DNA from: a virus
Virus record (IMG/VR): IMGVR_UViG_3300048854_000232
Location: 128,618 to 192,617 of that record
Direction: 5' to 3' (one strand)
Length of the DNA: 64,000 bases
The notes under the pieces were generated by a model. It was not told the DNA's origin. It searched no databases and was given only the letters and a program-made list of their open reading frames with translations. The position numbers were made by a program, and so were the translations under genes. This document shows, in pieces, positions 1-9,243 of the stretch; the first letter of the stretch is position 1; every line of letters begins with the position of its first letter.

Positions 1-1
1 C

Positions 2-1486
2 TACGATCGCTCCGGCCAGTCCGATGTCGGTGCGTTACCCGATGCGTTGGATCCGGACAAGTACGGCCGCATCTTTGCGGACATCAATGCGTTCTGGGCT
101 AGCCTGCCCCAGGAACGTCAGGATGCGATCTGGGAGGTCTACAAGCAGATCCACAACGTCTTGATGACCAACTACGATTCGACCTCGATCCTGGGCAAGC
201 TCCAGGTCCTGGTCAAACAGCTTTACGACTACATGCCCATCGCGGACATCAAGCACTGGATGCTGTTCCACTCCGGCATCCGGGTTCCGGCCACCGTGAA
301 GTCCGAGTATGGCCCGGATGACTCTCCGGTTCGGACCTATCTGACCGCGGACTACCAGGATCTCATCGCGCTGTCGATTGCGGTGCGTCCGATGGTGCCG
401 ATCTGGGGTGAGTACATCGGTCGTACCAAGACCGAGTTCGGGACCACGTACAAAGAGCTGTGGGCGATGAAGCTGCTCTACCACACGAACCTGATCGTCT
501 CCGATCAGATCCGTCGGTTGCAGGCCTACATCGAAGCCTCGATGGATCGTCCTGATCAGCAGGCCTCCAGCTTCGCCGCGATCATGGGTGGTCTGGGGAC
601 AACCGAACAGCCCGAGTGGTTGCTGGCCACCTCGGTGGTGCGGCGTATCTCGGTGGTGCCGCTGGGTAACTCGCAGGAGGAAGGCGCAAACATCATCGCC
701 AACGTCCACCAGTACATCACCAACAGCCTGCGTTCGATGGACCGTCGCTTCAAAGGACGGATCACCGAGAAGACCCAGCCCTCGGCCTCGGGCGAAGATC
801 CGAACAACATTTCCTCCGCGGAGATGTACAAGGTCAAGCAGCAGATCTCCGACGGCGACGTGGTGACGCTTAACGTCTATACGGAAAACGTCTGGGACAT
901 GGCAGCCAAGGTGGAACCGGACATGCCCCGGGATCTGATCGAGCGCTGCATCGCGGCGGTCCGTGCCCTGGAACCGCTGGCCATCCAGCCGCACCAGGTC
1001 ACTCTCGCGCAGTGGGTGATGACTCCGGCCTTGCCGGAGCAAACCATCCAGCAGTTGACCAAGCCCTCGCTGTTGAGAGTGTTGGCCGTCACCCAAGCCA
1101 CGCTGTGGCACTGGGGTCTCTACGACCTGGCCGCCCTGGTCACCGCAGAGCCGCTGTCGATGGGTTCGGATCTGATGATTGGCGTGCTGGAATCCCGTGG
1201 CCGCATTCCCAAGGAGCTCATGGACACCCTGGTGGTACTCTTCCCCCATGCGTACCATGCACGGGGTAAGAACCAGTCGATCCGTCAAACCAACCCCGCG
1301 TCCCGTTCGGTGGATGCGTTTTGCGAGCTCATCGTTCGCACGGATTGGCGTCTGCACGCTCCTGAACAACTGGTCGCCGCCAGCTCGGCTACCGGCAACA
1401 CTAAGAAACTGATCGTTCCGGCGGACATCCGGGCAATGTTGGCGCGACTTATCATCCGCCTGACCTCGCCACTGCATTACGCTTAA
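2..1486 (+). CDS. Non-virion RNA polymerase specificity subunit, phiKZ gp68-like (5' truncated by window edge)
   Basis: Frame is open from base 2 with genome-typical GC3 codons. First gene of the gp68-69-70-71/73-74-75 order conserved in phiKZ-like phages. Assignment is by synteny and size. Confidence 0.7.
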   Translation, partial: YDRSGQSDVGALPDALDPDKYGRIFADINAFWASLPQERQDAIWEVYKQIHNVLMTNYDSTSILGKLQVLVKQLYDYMPIADIKHWMLFHSGIRVPATVKSEYGPDDSPVRTYLTADYQDLIALSIAVRPMVPIWGEYIGRTKTEFGTTYKELWAMKLLYHTNLIVSDQIRRLQAYIEASMDRPDQQASSFAAIMGGLGTTEQPEWLLATSVVRRISVVPLGNSQEEGANIIANVHQYITNSLRSMDRRFKGRITEKTQPSASGEDPNNISSAEMYKVKQQISDGDVVTLNVYTENVWDMAAKVEPDMPRDLIERCIAAVRALEPLAIQPHQVTLAQWVMTPALPEQTIQQLTKPSLLRVLAVTQATLWHWGLYDLAALVTAEPLSMGSDLMIGVLESRGRIPKELMDTLVVLFPHAYHARGKNQSIRQTNPASRSVDAFCELIVRTDWRLHAPEQLVAASSATGNTKKLIVPADIRAMLARLIIRLTSPLHYA

Positions 1487-1528
1487 GAACGACACCAACA
1501 CACACGTACCTCGCCCAGGAAGAGAACC

Positions 1529-3007
1529 ATGCATACACCACAAATGCGGATCAAGCGATTGATCTTCGTGGAAACTGGCACCTACAACGATCAGGCTCTG
1601 CGTCCTTACGAGACTCACGTCAACGACCAGACGCTGCGCATGATCCAGGAAGCCACTCACGACGGTCGTCAGTTGCAGCCGACCAACCTGGCCGGCGTGG
1701 CTGGGGCCATTGTTCGGCCCTCCGCTGCGTCGATCGGCACGGTCTCGATCGAGAACGGCTGGGACACCAAACGCTTCCGCTTCCTGATGGAAGTGGAATT
1801 CGCCGACTTCACCGGCGGCGCCACGATCCAGTACATCTCCGGTTCCACCAGTCACGCGGATCTGTCGCACGGTAAGTTCATCGATCCGCGCATGCAGCTG
1901 TACCTGAACAACATCGTCAAAACCCGGCAGGTCGTCGAGATGACGCCGATGGGGCAGATGACGCGTCAGACGGTCTCGGAAGCTTCGCAGATCCTGACCG
2001 GTTCGTACAACCCGCAGATCACCGGCCTGGCCAACTCCCCGCAGACCATGCGTCCCGAAGATGTATTCGGTACGATCGGGCTGTCGGTGTTGGGTGATGC
2101 CGATACCTTCGACCTGCGGTCGTCCTTCGGCGGTGGTGCGAAGAAGTCCTCCCGAAAGAACGGAGCAGCTACCTCGTACCTGTCGCGCGTGATGACCTCG
2201 TACAAGACGGCTACCCAGAAGGCGGAGTACTCCGATCAGCTGCCGCAGATGATGGACGATGCGTCCGGTCAGGTCCGTGAAGGCCTGGTCTCGCAGGATC
2301 CGTTCATGAGCCACCTGATGCGTCACACCGGTTTCGCGCAAGGCACCTCGGTGTCCTATGACGAACTGTGCCAGATGCAGCCGGGTCTGGAACACGATGA
2401 CAGCACGGTCAAGGTGATCCTGAACCGCGTCGTGTTGGCCTCCGGCTGGCAGCCGCATGTCCGTGGGCAGACCGAGCACTGGAGTGGCACCACGCGGGAA
2501 ACGATCTTTGCCACCACGCTCGCTCACGCGGTGCCGGCCATCATGATGGAACTCATGCTGACCGAGATCACCATGTCCATCACCAACCGCACCCAGGACG
2601 GTTCGTTCGTCAGCCAGTTCCTCGCCCCGCCGGATTCCTTTACCGTCGGCGTGGATCTGTCCCCGTCACTCGATCTGCTCCTGCGTCGCATGGAGACTGA
2701 GGTTCTCCGTGATCTGACGATGAACAACCAGATCGACATCCAGCTCGTCCTGCACATCGACGTGCTGGGCGAATCGATCATCGACATCGCCATCATGGGT
2801 GGTCCGCTGATCAAGTACGTCGTTCCTTCGTTCTGTGATGCCCTGATGGCCCCGGTCATCACGAACAACGCGAAGCACCTGCAGATCTTTGCCAATGACA
2901 TCAGTGCCTTGGCCGACAGGATCTCCATGGATTATTCCACGGATAGCGGGCAGCCCTCCTCCAACTTCCAACCGGGTATGTACAATGGACATTCATCAGC
3001 TGTATAA
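1529..3007 (+). CDS. phiKZ gp69-like protein (PicA/Imp1 phage-nucleus import factor), by synteny
   Basis: 492 aa, GGAAGAG-type SD. Lies directly after the gp68-like gene and two genes before the nvRNAP beta subunit, as gp69 does in phiKZ. Confidence 0.6.
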   Translation: MHTPQMRIKRLIFVETGTYNDQALRPYETHVNDQTLRMIQEATHDGRQLQPTNLAGVAGAIVRPSAASIGTVSIENGWDTKRFRFLMEVEFADFTGGATIQYISGSTSHADLSHGKFIDPRMQLYLNNIVKTRQVVEMTPMGQMTRQTVSEASQILTGSYNPQITGLANSPQTMRPEDVFGTIGLSVLGDADTFDLRSSFGGGAKKSSRKNGAATSYLSRVMTSYKTATQKAEYSDQLPQMMDDASGQVREGLVSQDPFMSHLMRHTGFAQGTSVSYDELCQMQPGLEHDDSTVKVILNRVVLASGWQPHVRGQTEHWSGTTRETIFATTLAHAVPAIMMELMLTEITMSITNRTQDGSFVSQFLAPPDSFTVGVDLSPSLDLLLRRMETEVLRDLTMNNQIDIQLVLHIDVLGESIIDIAIMGGPLIKYVVPSFCDALMAPVITNNAKHLQIFANDISALADRISMDYSTDSGQPSSNFQPGMYNGHSSAV

Positions 3008-4580
3008 AGCTATCACCAATTCGCTCGGCCTGATCGCCGACGAAAACGGTCTGCTTTCGTTCCCGGGCAAAGATGGGCCGACCCCGGCCCTGGTCGACGG
3101 CGTTCGCCTGGCCCTGCCCACCCCCGAGCGTCTGCGTTCGGGTGCCTGGTCCGATCTGGTCGCCTTCCATCCGCTCTCCGAACACACCCTGCGCGGTGAG
3201 TCGGCGGTGCTGAAGAAGGTCCGGACCGGCGTGATCTTCCGCCTCTCTGCCGTGCTGATCGAGCTGCTCCAGCAGCTGACGGTGCTGGGCGCCGATAGCA
3301 CCCGGCATTCCAAGCTCTCCCCGACCGCTGCCAAGCTGTTGGCCGAGATCAAGGATGTCGATGCCAAGACGGTCAGCGATCTGAAGACGATCATCGAGAA
3401 GAACTTCGAATCCGGCGGTGGCGCCCAGAAGTTCCTGTCGATCTACATGAAGCGCGGGGCTACGCTGAACGGGCAGAAGTACGCTCGTGCGGCTGTGGTG
3501 TCCTTCCCGTTCCTGGACGCCCTGAAGGAAACCACCGATCGGGTGGTCTACGGCGTGCAGCTGCGTAAGAAGGACGTGCAGGCACTGATCAACCTGTTCC
3601 TGTACATCCTGCCCGATGCAGACGACCTGGAAGCCTACTCGGTCGGCTCGCGTTCCACCGACGCACCGTACTTCGATGCGCTGATGGGCACCTTCCACAA
3701 GGTTGGCCATCGTCTCAACGAAGTGATCCGGATCCACAAGAAGCAGCTCGAGAACGAGATGCTGCTGACCACGGAGCTGGATTGGTATCCGGCGCTGAAG
3801 GATCTGTCGGTGTACCGTGACGTGATCCCGCCACTGGCCGGTAACATGGGCGAGCATGGTGGGGACGATGCACCCAACCTACAGCCGATGGATCCGGTTC
3901 GTGCCGTGTCTGCGATGGAACGGCTCGCTGATCCGGCTCCGACCCACAGCACCTCCAAACCGACCTCGGCCTTGGGCGAGCTGCTGCGTCCGGGACAGGA
4001 AAGCAAAAGCGGTGTGTTTAACACCAACCTGACGCTGCAAACCGTCCTGCCTGCCCAGCCGACCGCCCAGGACACCTCGCTGTTCCACAACCCGGCCTAC
4101 GCTCCGCCGCCGGCCCCGGCACCCACGCATCACGGGAAGGTGGTCGAAGATCAGTACCACGTCAAGCACACCGAGCGTGGTCTGGATGTGGCCAGCCTGA
4201 TGGAAGCACGCAACCGGGTGGCGCAGCATGCGTTCGTCCCTTTCGCGGCGCCCGCACCGGCGGCTCCGGCCGGCACGTTCGCGGGTTATCACCGCGGCAT
4301 TCCGATCCAGCAGAACCAGTGGGGCGCTCCGGGTGGCTATGCACCGCCGGGTTACGGTGTTGCACCGGGGATGGGTGGTTACAACCCGGCCCTGCCCGAT
4401 TGGGCTCAGCCGGGCAACGGTCAGGTGATGGGCGGCGGCTATCCGCCGGCCGGTGGCTTCGGCTATGGCGGGTATCCGCCGGCAGCACCGCCGCCGGCGG
4501 GTGGGTTCGGCTTCGGTGGCCCGGCCTTCGGGCAGGGTGTCTATCCGACGATGCACGTTCCACCGGGCGGGTTCCGCTAA
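2985..4580 (+). CDS. phiKZ gp70-like conserved protein with a G/P/Y/F-rich low-complexity C-terminal tail
   Basis: ATG at 2985 (MDIHQLY) overlaps the end of the previous gene. Globular N-terminal ~320 aa, then a Pro/Gly/aromatic-rich tail. Syntenic position. Confidence 0.6.
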   Translation: MDIHQLYKAITNSLGLIADENGLLSFPGKDGPTPALVDGVRLALPTPERLRSGAWSDLVAFHPLSEHTLRGESAVLKKVRTGVIFRLSAVLIELLQQLTVLGADSTRHSKLSPTAAKLLAEIKDVDAKTVSDLKTIIEKNFESGGGAQKFLSIYMKRGATLNGQKYARAAVVSFPFLDALKETTDRVVYGVQLRKKDVQALINLFLYILPDADDLEAYSVGSRSTDAPYFDALMGTFHKVGHRLNEVIRIHKKQLENEMLLTTELDWYPALKDLSVYRDVIPPLAGNMGEHGGDDAPNLQPMDPVRAVSAMERLADPAPTHSTSKPTSALGELLRPGQESKSGVFNTNLTLQTVLPAQPTAQDTSLFHNPAYAPPPAPAPTHHGKVVEDQYHVKHTERGLDVASLMEARNRVAQHAFVPFAAPAPAAPAGTFAGYHRGIPIQQNQWGAPGGYAPPGYGVAPGMGGYNPALPDWAQPGNGQVMGGGYPPAGGFGYGGYPPAAPPPAGGFGFGGPAFGQGVYPTMHVPPGGFR

Positions 4581-4603
4581 TCGTGGTGGTAGAGTGAGCT
4601 AAC

Positions 4604-4634
4604 GGCATAAGCGGGGCTCCTTAGGGAGCCCCGC
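4604..4634. terminator. Hairpin between convergent genes, preceded by GGCATA
   Basis: GCGGGGCTCC-TTAG-GGAGCCCCGC inverted repeat at 4611-4634. Confidence 0.7.
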
Positions 4635-4642
4635 GATTCGGA

Positions 4643-5020
4643 TCAGCTTATTTTCTTGGATGCGGTCTGGAATACGGCACGCAGCGTCTCGACCGCCGTG
4701 CTACTCGGAGTGAGCAACAGGATCGGTTCGGGCTCTTCCCCGGACTCCGGTGGATCAGGCATCTTGAAGTCCATCCCGGAGGTATAGCCGTTCATGCGCA
4801 TGACGATGTAGTTGTACGAGACCGGCACACCCTTCAACGCCAGGAGACCTTCGAGGTCACCTTCGAACTTGTAAGCCTCAAAGGGCTGGATCACCACCGG
4901 CGCGGTATAGGGGTGATTGATGAGAAACGGCAAATGCGTTTCGATCATCAGGCGCCACTTCTCGCTGTAGTAGACACTGTCGCCCTCATTGGTCATGAGT
5001 TCGAGAATCGGCATCGTCAT
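4643..5020 (-). CDS. Hypothetical protein (small antisense gene inside the nvRNAP block)
   Basis: 125 aa, AGAGGG SD upstream, typical codon usage, ends at the hairpin. Confidence 0.7.
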   Translation of the reverse strand: MTMPILELMTNEGDSVYYSEKWRLMIETHLPFLINHPYTAPVVIQPFEAYKFEGDLEGLLALKGVPVSYNYIVMRMNGYTSGMDFKMPDPPESGEEPEPILLLTPSSTAVETLRAVFQTASKKIS

Positions 5021-5139
5021 CGACGTTTCCCTCTTAAGATTTTTTCAGACACTTAACATTCATAAGTACAACGTTCATAAGATCGGACCGTAAAACAAGA
5101 ACCGACTAACGCCCTAACACACGCAAGGGTACACCCGCC

Positions 5140-7242
5140 ATGAGTCAAAACCTTTCTAACGCCGTCATCAACGAGCTGCGCCCGGATCTTCTGGCCAGCG
5201 CTGCCATGAATCCCTGGGCTGCGTTCGATTCCTCCTCCCGTCAGGTCATGATGGGTTCCCACCTGTCCCAGGCCCTGGTGATTCAAGGAGGTTCCACCCG
5301 TCGGTGTCTCACCGGCGCAGAACGCGAGTTCGCCAAATACACCTTCAAGGTGAAGTTCCCGTGTAATGCCGAAGTGGTCAAGGTCATCGACCGCTATCCG
5401 CGCACGCTGGGCTTCTCCACCATCCGCGAAAACCCCGAATCGATCGTGATCTACGAGGATGCGGAAACCAAGCAGATCGATATCCTGTCGATCCCGCGCT
5501 ATCACTGCCTGCATCAGCACTTCGGCTTCTCGTATTCGTACAAGGCTCCGATGCAGCGACTGGTGCCCGGCGCCACGTTCGCCGAAGGAACCATCCTGGC
5601 CGATTCGCCGGCCGTGGATGATCAGGGCAATTACAAACTCGGGGTGGAGACCGAGGTCGCCTTCATGTCGGTCCCCGGCATCATCGAGGACGGTGTGATC
5701 ATCTCCCGGGCCTATGCGCAGAAGTTGAAGTCCAAGGGCTTCGAGAAGCGCGTCGGCAGCTGGGGCAAGAACCTGTACCCGATCAACCTCTATGGCGGTG
5801 AGAACGAGTACAAGCCATTCCCGGACATCGGCCAGCCGATCCGTGACGATGGCCTGCTCTTCTGCCTACGGGAATACGACGATCTCCTGGCTCCGGTCCA
5901 GATGTCGCCGCGCGCCCTGCGGGAACCGGACTACTACCGCGATCACCTGATCTACGCCGAACCCGGCGCCAAGGTGATTGACGTCCAGGTCCGCCATGCG
6001 GTCACCAACGGCACCCCACCGACCCCGATGGGCATGGAGGCACAAGCGGCCAAGTACTATCAGGCGCAGCTGACCTTCTACGACCAGCTCTTGGAAACCT
6101 ACAAGGACCTGCGCAAGCGTCGAGGTGAAGCACTGAAGATCTCGCCGCACTTCCAGGCCATGCTCCGTGAAGGTCTGGACTACAAGGGCGACTTCGGCAA
6201 GAACCGTCCCAAGCAGATGTACCAGCGCGTCGAACTGGACGACTGGCGCGTGGAGATCACCTTCGAATACGACGTGGTGCCGGATGTGGGCTTTAAGCTC
6301 ACCGACTTCCATGGCGGTAAGGGCGTGGTCTGTCAGGTCTGGGAAACCGAAGACATGCCGGTGGACGCCGAGGGTAATCGCGCCGAGTGCATCATGGACG
6401 GCGATTCGACCATTAAGCGCATGAACATCGGTCGTATGTACGAGCAGTACATCAACGCCACCAGTCGCCATGTGACCAACCATGTTCGGGCCCTGATGTC
6501 GCAGTTGACGGCGGAGTCGATCAACGAGGCCTGGGAGTACCTACTGGGCTATTACAAGATCATCTCCCCGCGGATGTACGATCTGATCACCGGTCCGTCG
6601 TACCAGGAACATCCCCGCCATCACCTGGAGGAGATTGTCCGCGACGGTGTCTACCTGTACATGCCCACCGACAACCCAATCGAAGCGGTGCAAGCCATCG
6701 ACCAGCTCTCCCGCGACTACCCGATCACGATCGCTCCGGTGACCTACCGTGGTCGTTCGGGTAACGTGTCCATCACCGAAGAGAGCATCATCATCGGCAG
6801 CCTGTGGATCATGCTGCTGGAGAAAACCGGTGGTGACTGGTCAGGCGTGGGTTCGGCCAAGCTGCAACACTTCGGCATTCCGGCGAAGATCGCGCGGCAC
6901 GACAAGCACTCCTCACCGGGGCGTGCCCAGCCGGTGCGTATCTTGGGTGAATCCGAGGTGCGTGGTTGGGCGGCGACGATGGGCGGTGACGCGGTGGCTG
7001 AACTGCTGGAGATGTCCAACAACCCTGCGCTGCATAAACACGTGGTGGGTAACATCCTGCGCGCCGAACGTCCGTCCGCGATTCAGACGGTGATCGACCG
7101 CAACGTGATCCCCCGCGGCGGAAGCCGAGCTCTGGTCTACGTCAAGCATGCCCTGGAAACCGCCGGTGCGCGGTTCGTGGACGTCCCGGACGATGAACCA
7201 GCCATCAAGATCTATCCACCCCATCAGGAGATTGCCAAGTGA
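5140..7242 (+). CDS. Non-virion RNA polymerase beta subunit, C-terminal part (phiKZ gp71-73-like), uninterrupted
   Basis: RpoB motifs: SSRQVMMGSHLSQAL, EDGVIIS, GFKLTDFHGGKGVV (GDK..RHGNKGV), RMNIGRMYE, RILGESEVR (RFGEME). Confidence 0.93.
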   Translation: MSQNLSNAVINELRPDLLASAAMNPWAAFDSSSRQVMMGSHLSQALVIQGGSTRRCLTGAEREFAKYTFKVKFPCNAEVVKVIDRYPRTLGFSTIRENPESIVIYEDAETKQIDILSIPRYHCLHQHFGFSYSYKAPMQRLVPGATFAEGTILADSPAVDDQGNYKLGVETEVAFMSVPGIIEDGVIISRAYAQKLKSKGFEKRVGSWGKNLYPINLYGGENEYKPFPDIGQPIRDDGLLFCLREYDDLLAPVQMSPRALREPDYYRDHLIYAEPGAKVIDVQVRHAVTNGTPPTPMGMEAQAAKYYQAQLTFYDQLLETYKDLRKRRGEALKISPHFQAMLREGLDYKGDFGKNRPKQMYQRVELDDWRVEITFEYDVVPDVGFKLTDFHGGKGVVCQVWETEDMPVDAEGNRAECIMDGDSTIKRMNIGRMYEQYINATSRHVTNHVRALMSQLTAESINEAWEYLLGYYKIISPRMYDLITGPSYQEHPRHHLEEIVRDGVYLYMPTDNPIEAVQAIDQLSRDYPITIAPVTYRGRSGNVSITEESIIIGSLWIMLLEKTGGDWSGVGSAKLQHFGIPAKIARHDKHSSPGRAQPVRILGESEVRGWAATMGGDAVAELLEMSNNPALHKHVVGNILRAERPSAIQTVIDRNVIPRGGSRALVYVKHALETAGARFVDVPDDEPAIKIYPPHQEIAK

Positions 7243-9164
7243 TGATGCACGCGCGTGAATTGGCGATGCTGCCCAAAGCGGAACTGTGGCAGCTATCCGA
7301 TGGTCCGATCAAGGTCGTTTTCGATGACGGGGTGGTGGAGAGTCATGGGCGGGCCACGATCTACTCAACCTACATGTGGGATCTGTACGCGAAGTACCCC
7401 AAGACCCCGGCCCTGATGGAACATCACTTAGGTGACAACCATGTGGGTAGCAATACCCACCTGGATCTCCTGGGCAAAGTGATGTGGGCCTGTTACGATG
7501 CGTACGAGCACGAGGTGCCGGATAAGAAGGACTTCGTCGAGGAGCTGTGCGGGGAGGTCTACGACGCGACCAACCGGCTCTACAACGACATGACCTATCG
7601 GCTGGAATCCAGGGTCCGGACGCTCTCGATCTTGGACTTTGTCCAGGTTGTGTTGCATCCGAAGATCAAGGAAGCCAACGACAACGTCCAGCCCACCCGT
7701 CTGTCGGTGGACAAGTGCTACAAGACCATCAACGATGTGCTGAAGGATCCGCGGGAACTGCGCGGTAATCCGGTGGCCGATGCGGCCAAGAACGGTCTGG
7801 TCGATATGCGGCAGATCCAGCAGTGCGTGGGCCCGCGTGGTGCGGTAACGGATGTGGATTCGAACTACTTCCGTGACCAGGTGCTGCGCGGCTACGTGCA
7901 CGGCCTGATCAGCTTGCAGGATTCGATGATGGAATCCCGCTCGGCCGCCAAGTCGCTGATGTTCACCGAAGAGCCGTTGCAGAAGTCCGAGTACTTCAAC
8001 CGTCAGCTGCAGTTGCTGTGCGGGACGCTCGAGTTCCTGCACATGGGCGATTGCGGTACGAAGGAAACGCTCAAGTGGCGGGTCAAGCCAGGTGATCTGA
8101 AGGCCTTGGCGGGGAAATACTACAACACCCCGTCGGGACTGAAGCGCCTGCGTGAAACCGATCGTCACCTGACCGGCGAGCTGATCGAGATGCGTTCGGT
8201 CTTGGTCTGCCAGCATCCGGATCCGCGTGGGGTCTGCTCGACCTGCTTCGGTGAGATGTCCCTGTCGATTCCGAAGGAAACCTGCCTGGGTCATGTCTCG
8301 GCCACGGCGTTGTGCGAAATGGTCTCCCAGTCGGTGCTCTCGATCAAACACGTCGATAGCTCCTCGGGTGCCGGCGACATCGAACTGACCGAGTACGAAC
8401 AACAGTACTTCCGTGTGGGTACGGACACCAACACCCTGAAGCTGGCCGAACGGCTGGAGAAGGTGCGGGTGGTCCTGACCATCTCGGCCAAGGAAGCCGA
8501 GCACCTCTCGGACATCACCTTCGTCGATGATGTGCGGGCCTTGCCGGTCTCACGGATCTCGGAGCTGAACGATGTGCAGCTGGTCATCACGGGCCAGCGC
8601 GGTGAAGAATCGGTGATCTTACCGGTAGCTAACGGGACCCGTAAGGGTTCGCTGACCCACGATGCTCTGGCGTACATCAAGGAGCATAGCTGGTCGCTGA
8701 CGGCCACGGGCAACTACTCGATCGACCTGTCCAGCTGGGACATGGAATGGCCGCTGTTCGAAATGCCGCTCAAGCATGAAAACATGTTGGATTACATGGC
8801 CACGATCGAGAAGTTCATCAAGGCCACCGAAGGCGGTACCCAGCGGACGTTGAAAGACTGCGTGACGCTGGAACAGGCACTGTTGGAACTCAACACCCTG
8901 GTCGCCTCGGAACTGACCGTGAACATCGCGCACTTGGAGGTGATCCTGAAGTCGGTGACGATTCGCAGCTCCGAGCACCACGACTATCGCATCCCGCACG
9001 CGGGCAATGCTGTGGAGTTTGGCTCGTTCACTAACATCATGGCCAGCCGAAGCTTGGCCGCCACCATGGCCTACCAGGGCCATAAAAAGGTCCTCCTGGA
9101 CCCGGCGGCGTACATCCGCAACCAACGACCGTCCCATCCCCTGGATGCCATGATCCTGGGTTAA
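7239..9164 (+). CDS. Non-virion RNA polymerase beta' subunit, C-terminal part (phiKZ gp74-like)
   Basis: RpoC-like SEYFNRQLQL..GDCGT, zinc motif RSVLVC..VCSTCFG, NIAHLEVIL. GTGA overlap with the beta gene. Confidence 0.9.
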   Translation: MMMHARELAMLPKAELWQLSDGPIKVVFDDGVVESHGRATIYSTYMWDLYAKYPKTPALMEHHLGDNHVGSNTHLDLLGKVMWACYDAYEHEVPDKKDFVEELCGEVYDATNRLYNDMTYRLESRVRTLSILDFVQVVLHPKIKEANDNVQPTRLSVDKCYKTINDVLKDPRELRGNPVADAAKNGLVDMRQIQQCVGPRGAVTDVDSNYFRDQVLRGYVHGLISLQDSMMESRSAAKSLMFTEEPLQKSEYFNRQLQLLCGTLEFLHMGDCGTKETLKWRVKPGDLKALAGKYYNTPSGLKRLRETDRHLTGELIEMRSVLVCQHPDPRGVCSTCFGEMSLSIPKETCLGHVSATALCEMVSQSVLSIKHVDSSSGAGDIELTEYEQQYFRVGTDTNTLKLAERLEKVRVVLTISAKEAEHLSDITFVDDVRALPVSRISELNDVQLVITGQRGEESVILPVANGTRKGSLTHDALAYIKEHSWSLTATGNYSIDLSSWDMEWPLFEMPLKHENMLDYMATIEKFIKATEGGTQRTLKDCVTLEQALLELNTLVASELTVNIAHLEVILKSVTIRSSEHHDYRIPHAGNAVEFGSFTNIMASRSLAATMAYQGHKKVLLDPAAYIRNQRPSHPLDAMILG

Positions 9165-9173
9165 CGGCACCAC

Positions 9174-9203
9174 GGAGCTGGGAGGCTAACCCCTCCCAGC
9201 TCC
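9174..9203 (+). terminator. Hairpin after nvRNAP beta'
   Basis: GGAGCTGGGAGG-CTAACC-CCTCCCAGCTCC perfect 12-bp stem. Confidence 0.6.
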
Positions 9204-9243
9204 TCATACTCGACGCACCTTTTCTTTTCACGGGGTTACGCAT

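Noticed and set aside
35-2527. 830-aa minus-strand ORF and similar long antisense ORFs (e.g. 14191-15660, 23495-25114, 32988-34628, 37808-40693, 51428-52936, 62561-63997)
   Set aside because: Shadow frames of real genes caused by strong GC3 codon bias. They have no SD or motifs and fully overlap well-supported CDSs.
2889-2984. Upstream starts given by the ORF track (also 32372, 33045, 43215, 46876, 50123, 55307, 56860)
   Set aside because: They overlap upstream genes and lack an SD. Downstream starts with an SD or translational coupling fit better.
5140-9164. Possible intron or intein in the nvRNAP subunits, as in phiKZ gp71-73
   Set aside because: Both ORFs are continuous and of expected size, with no endonuclease or splice motifs.
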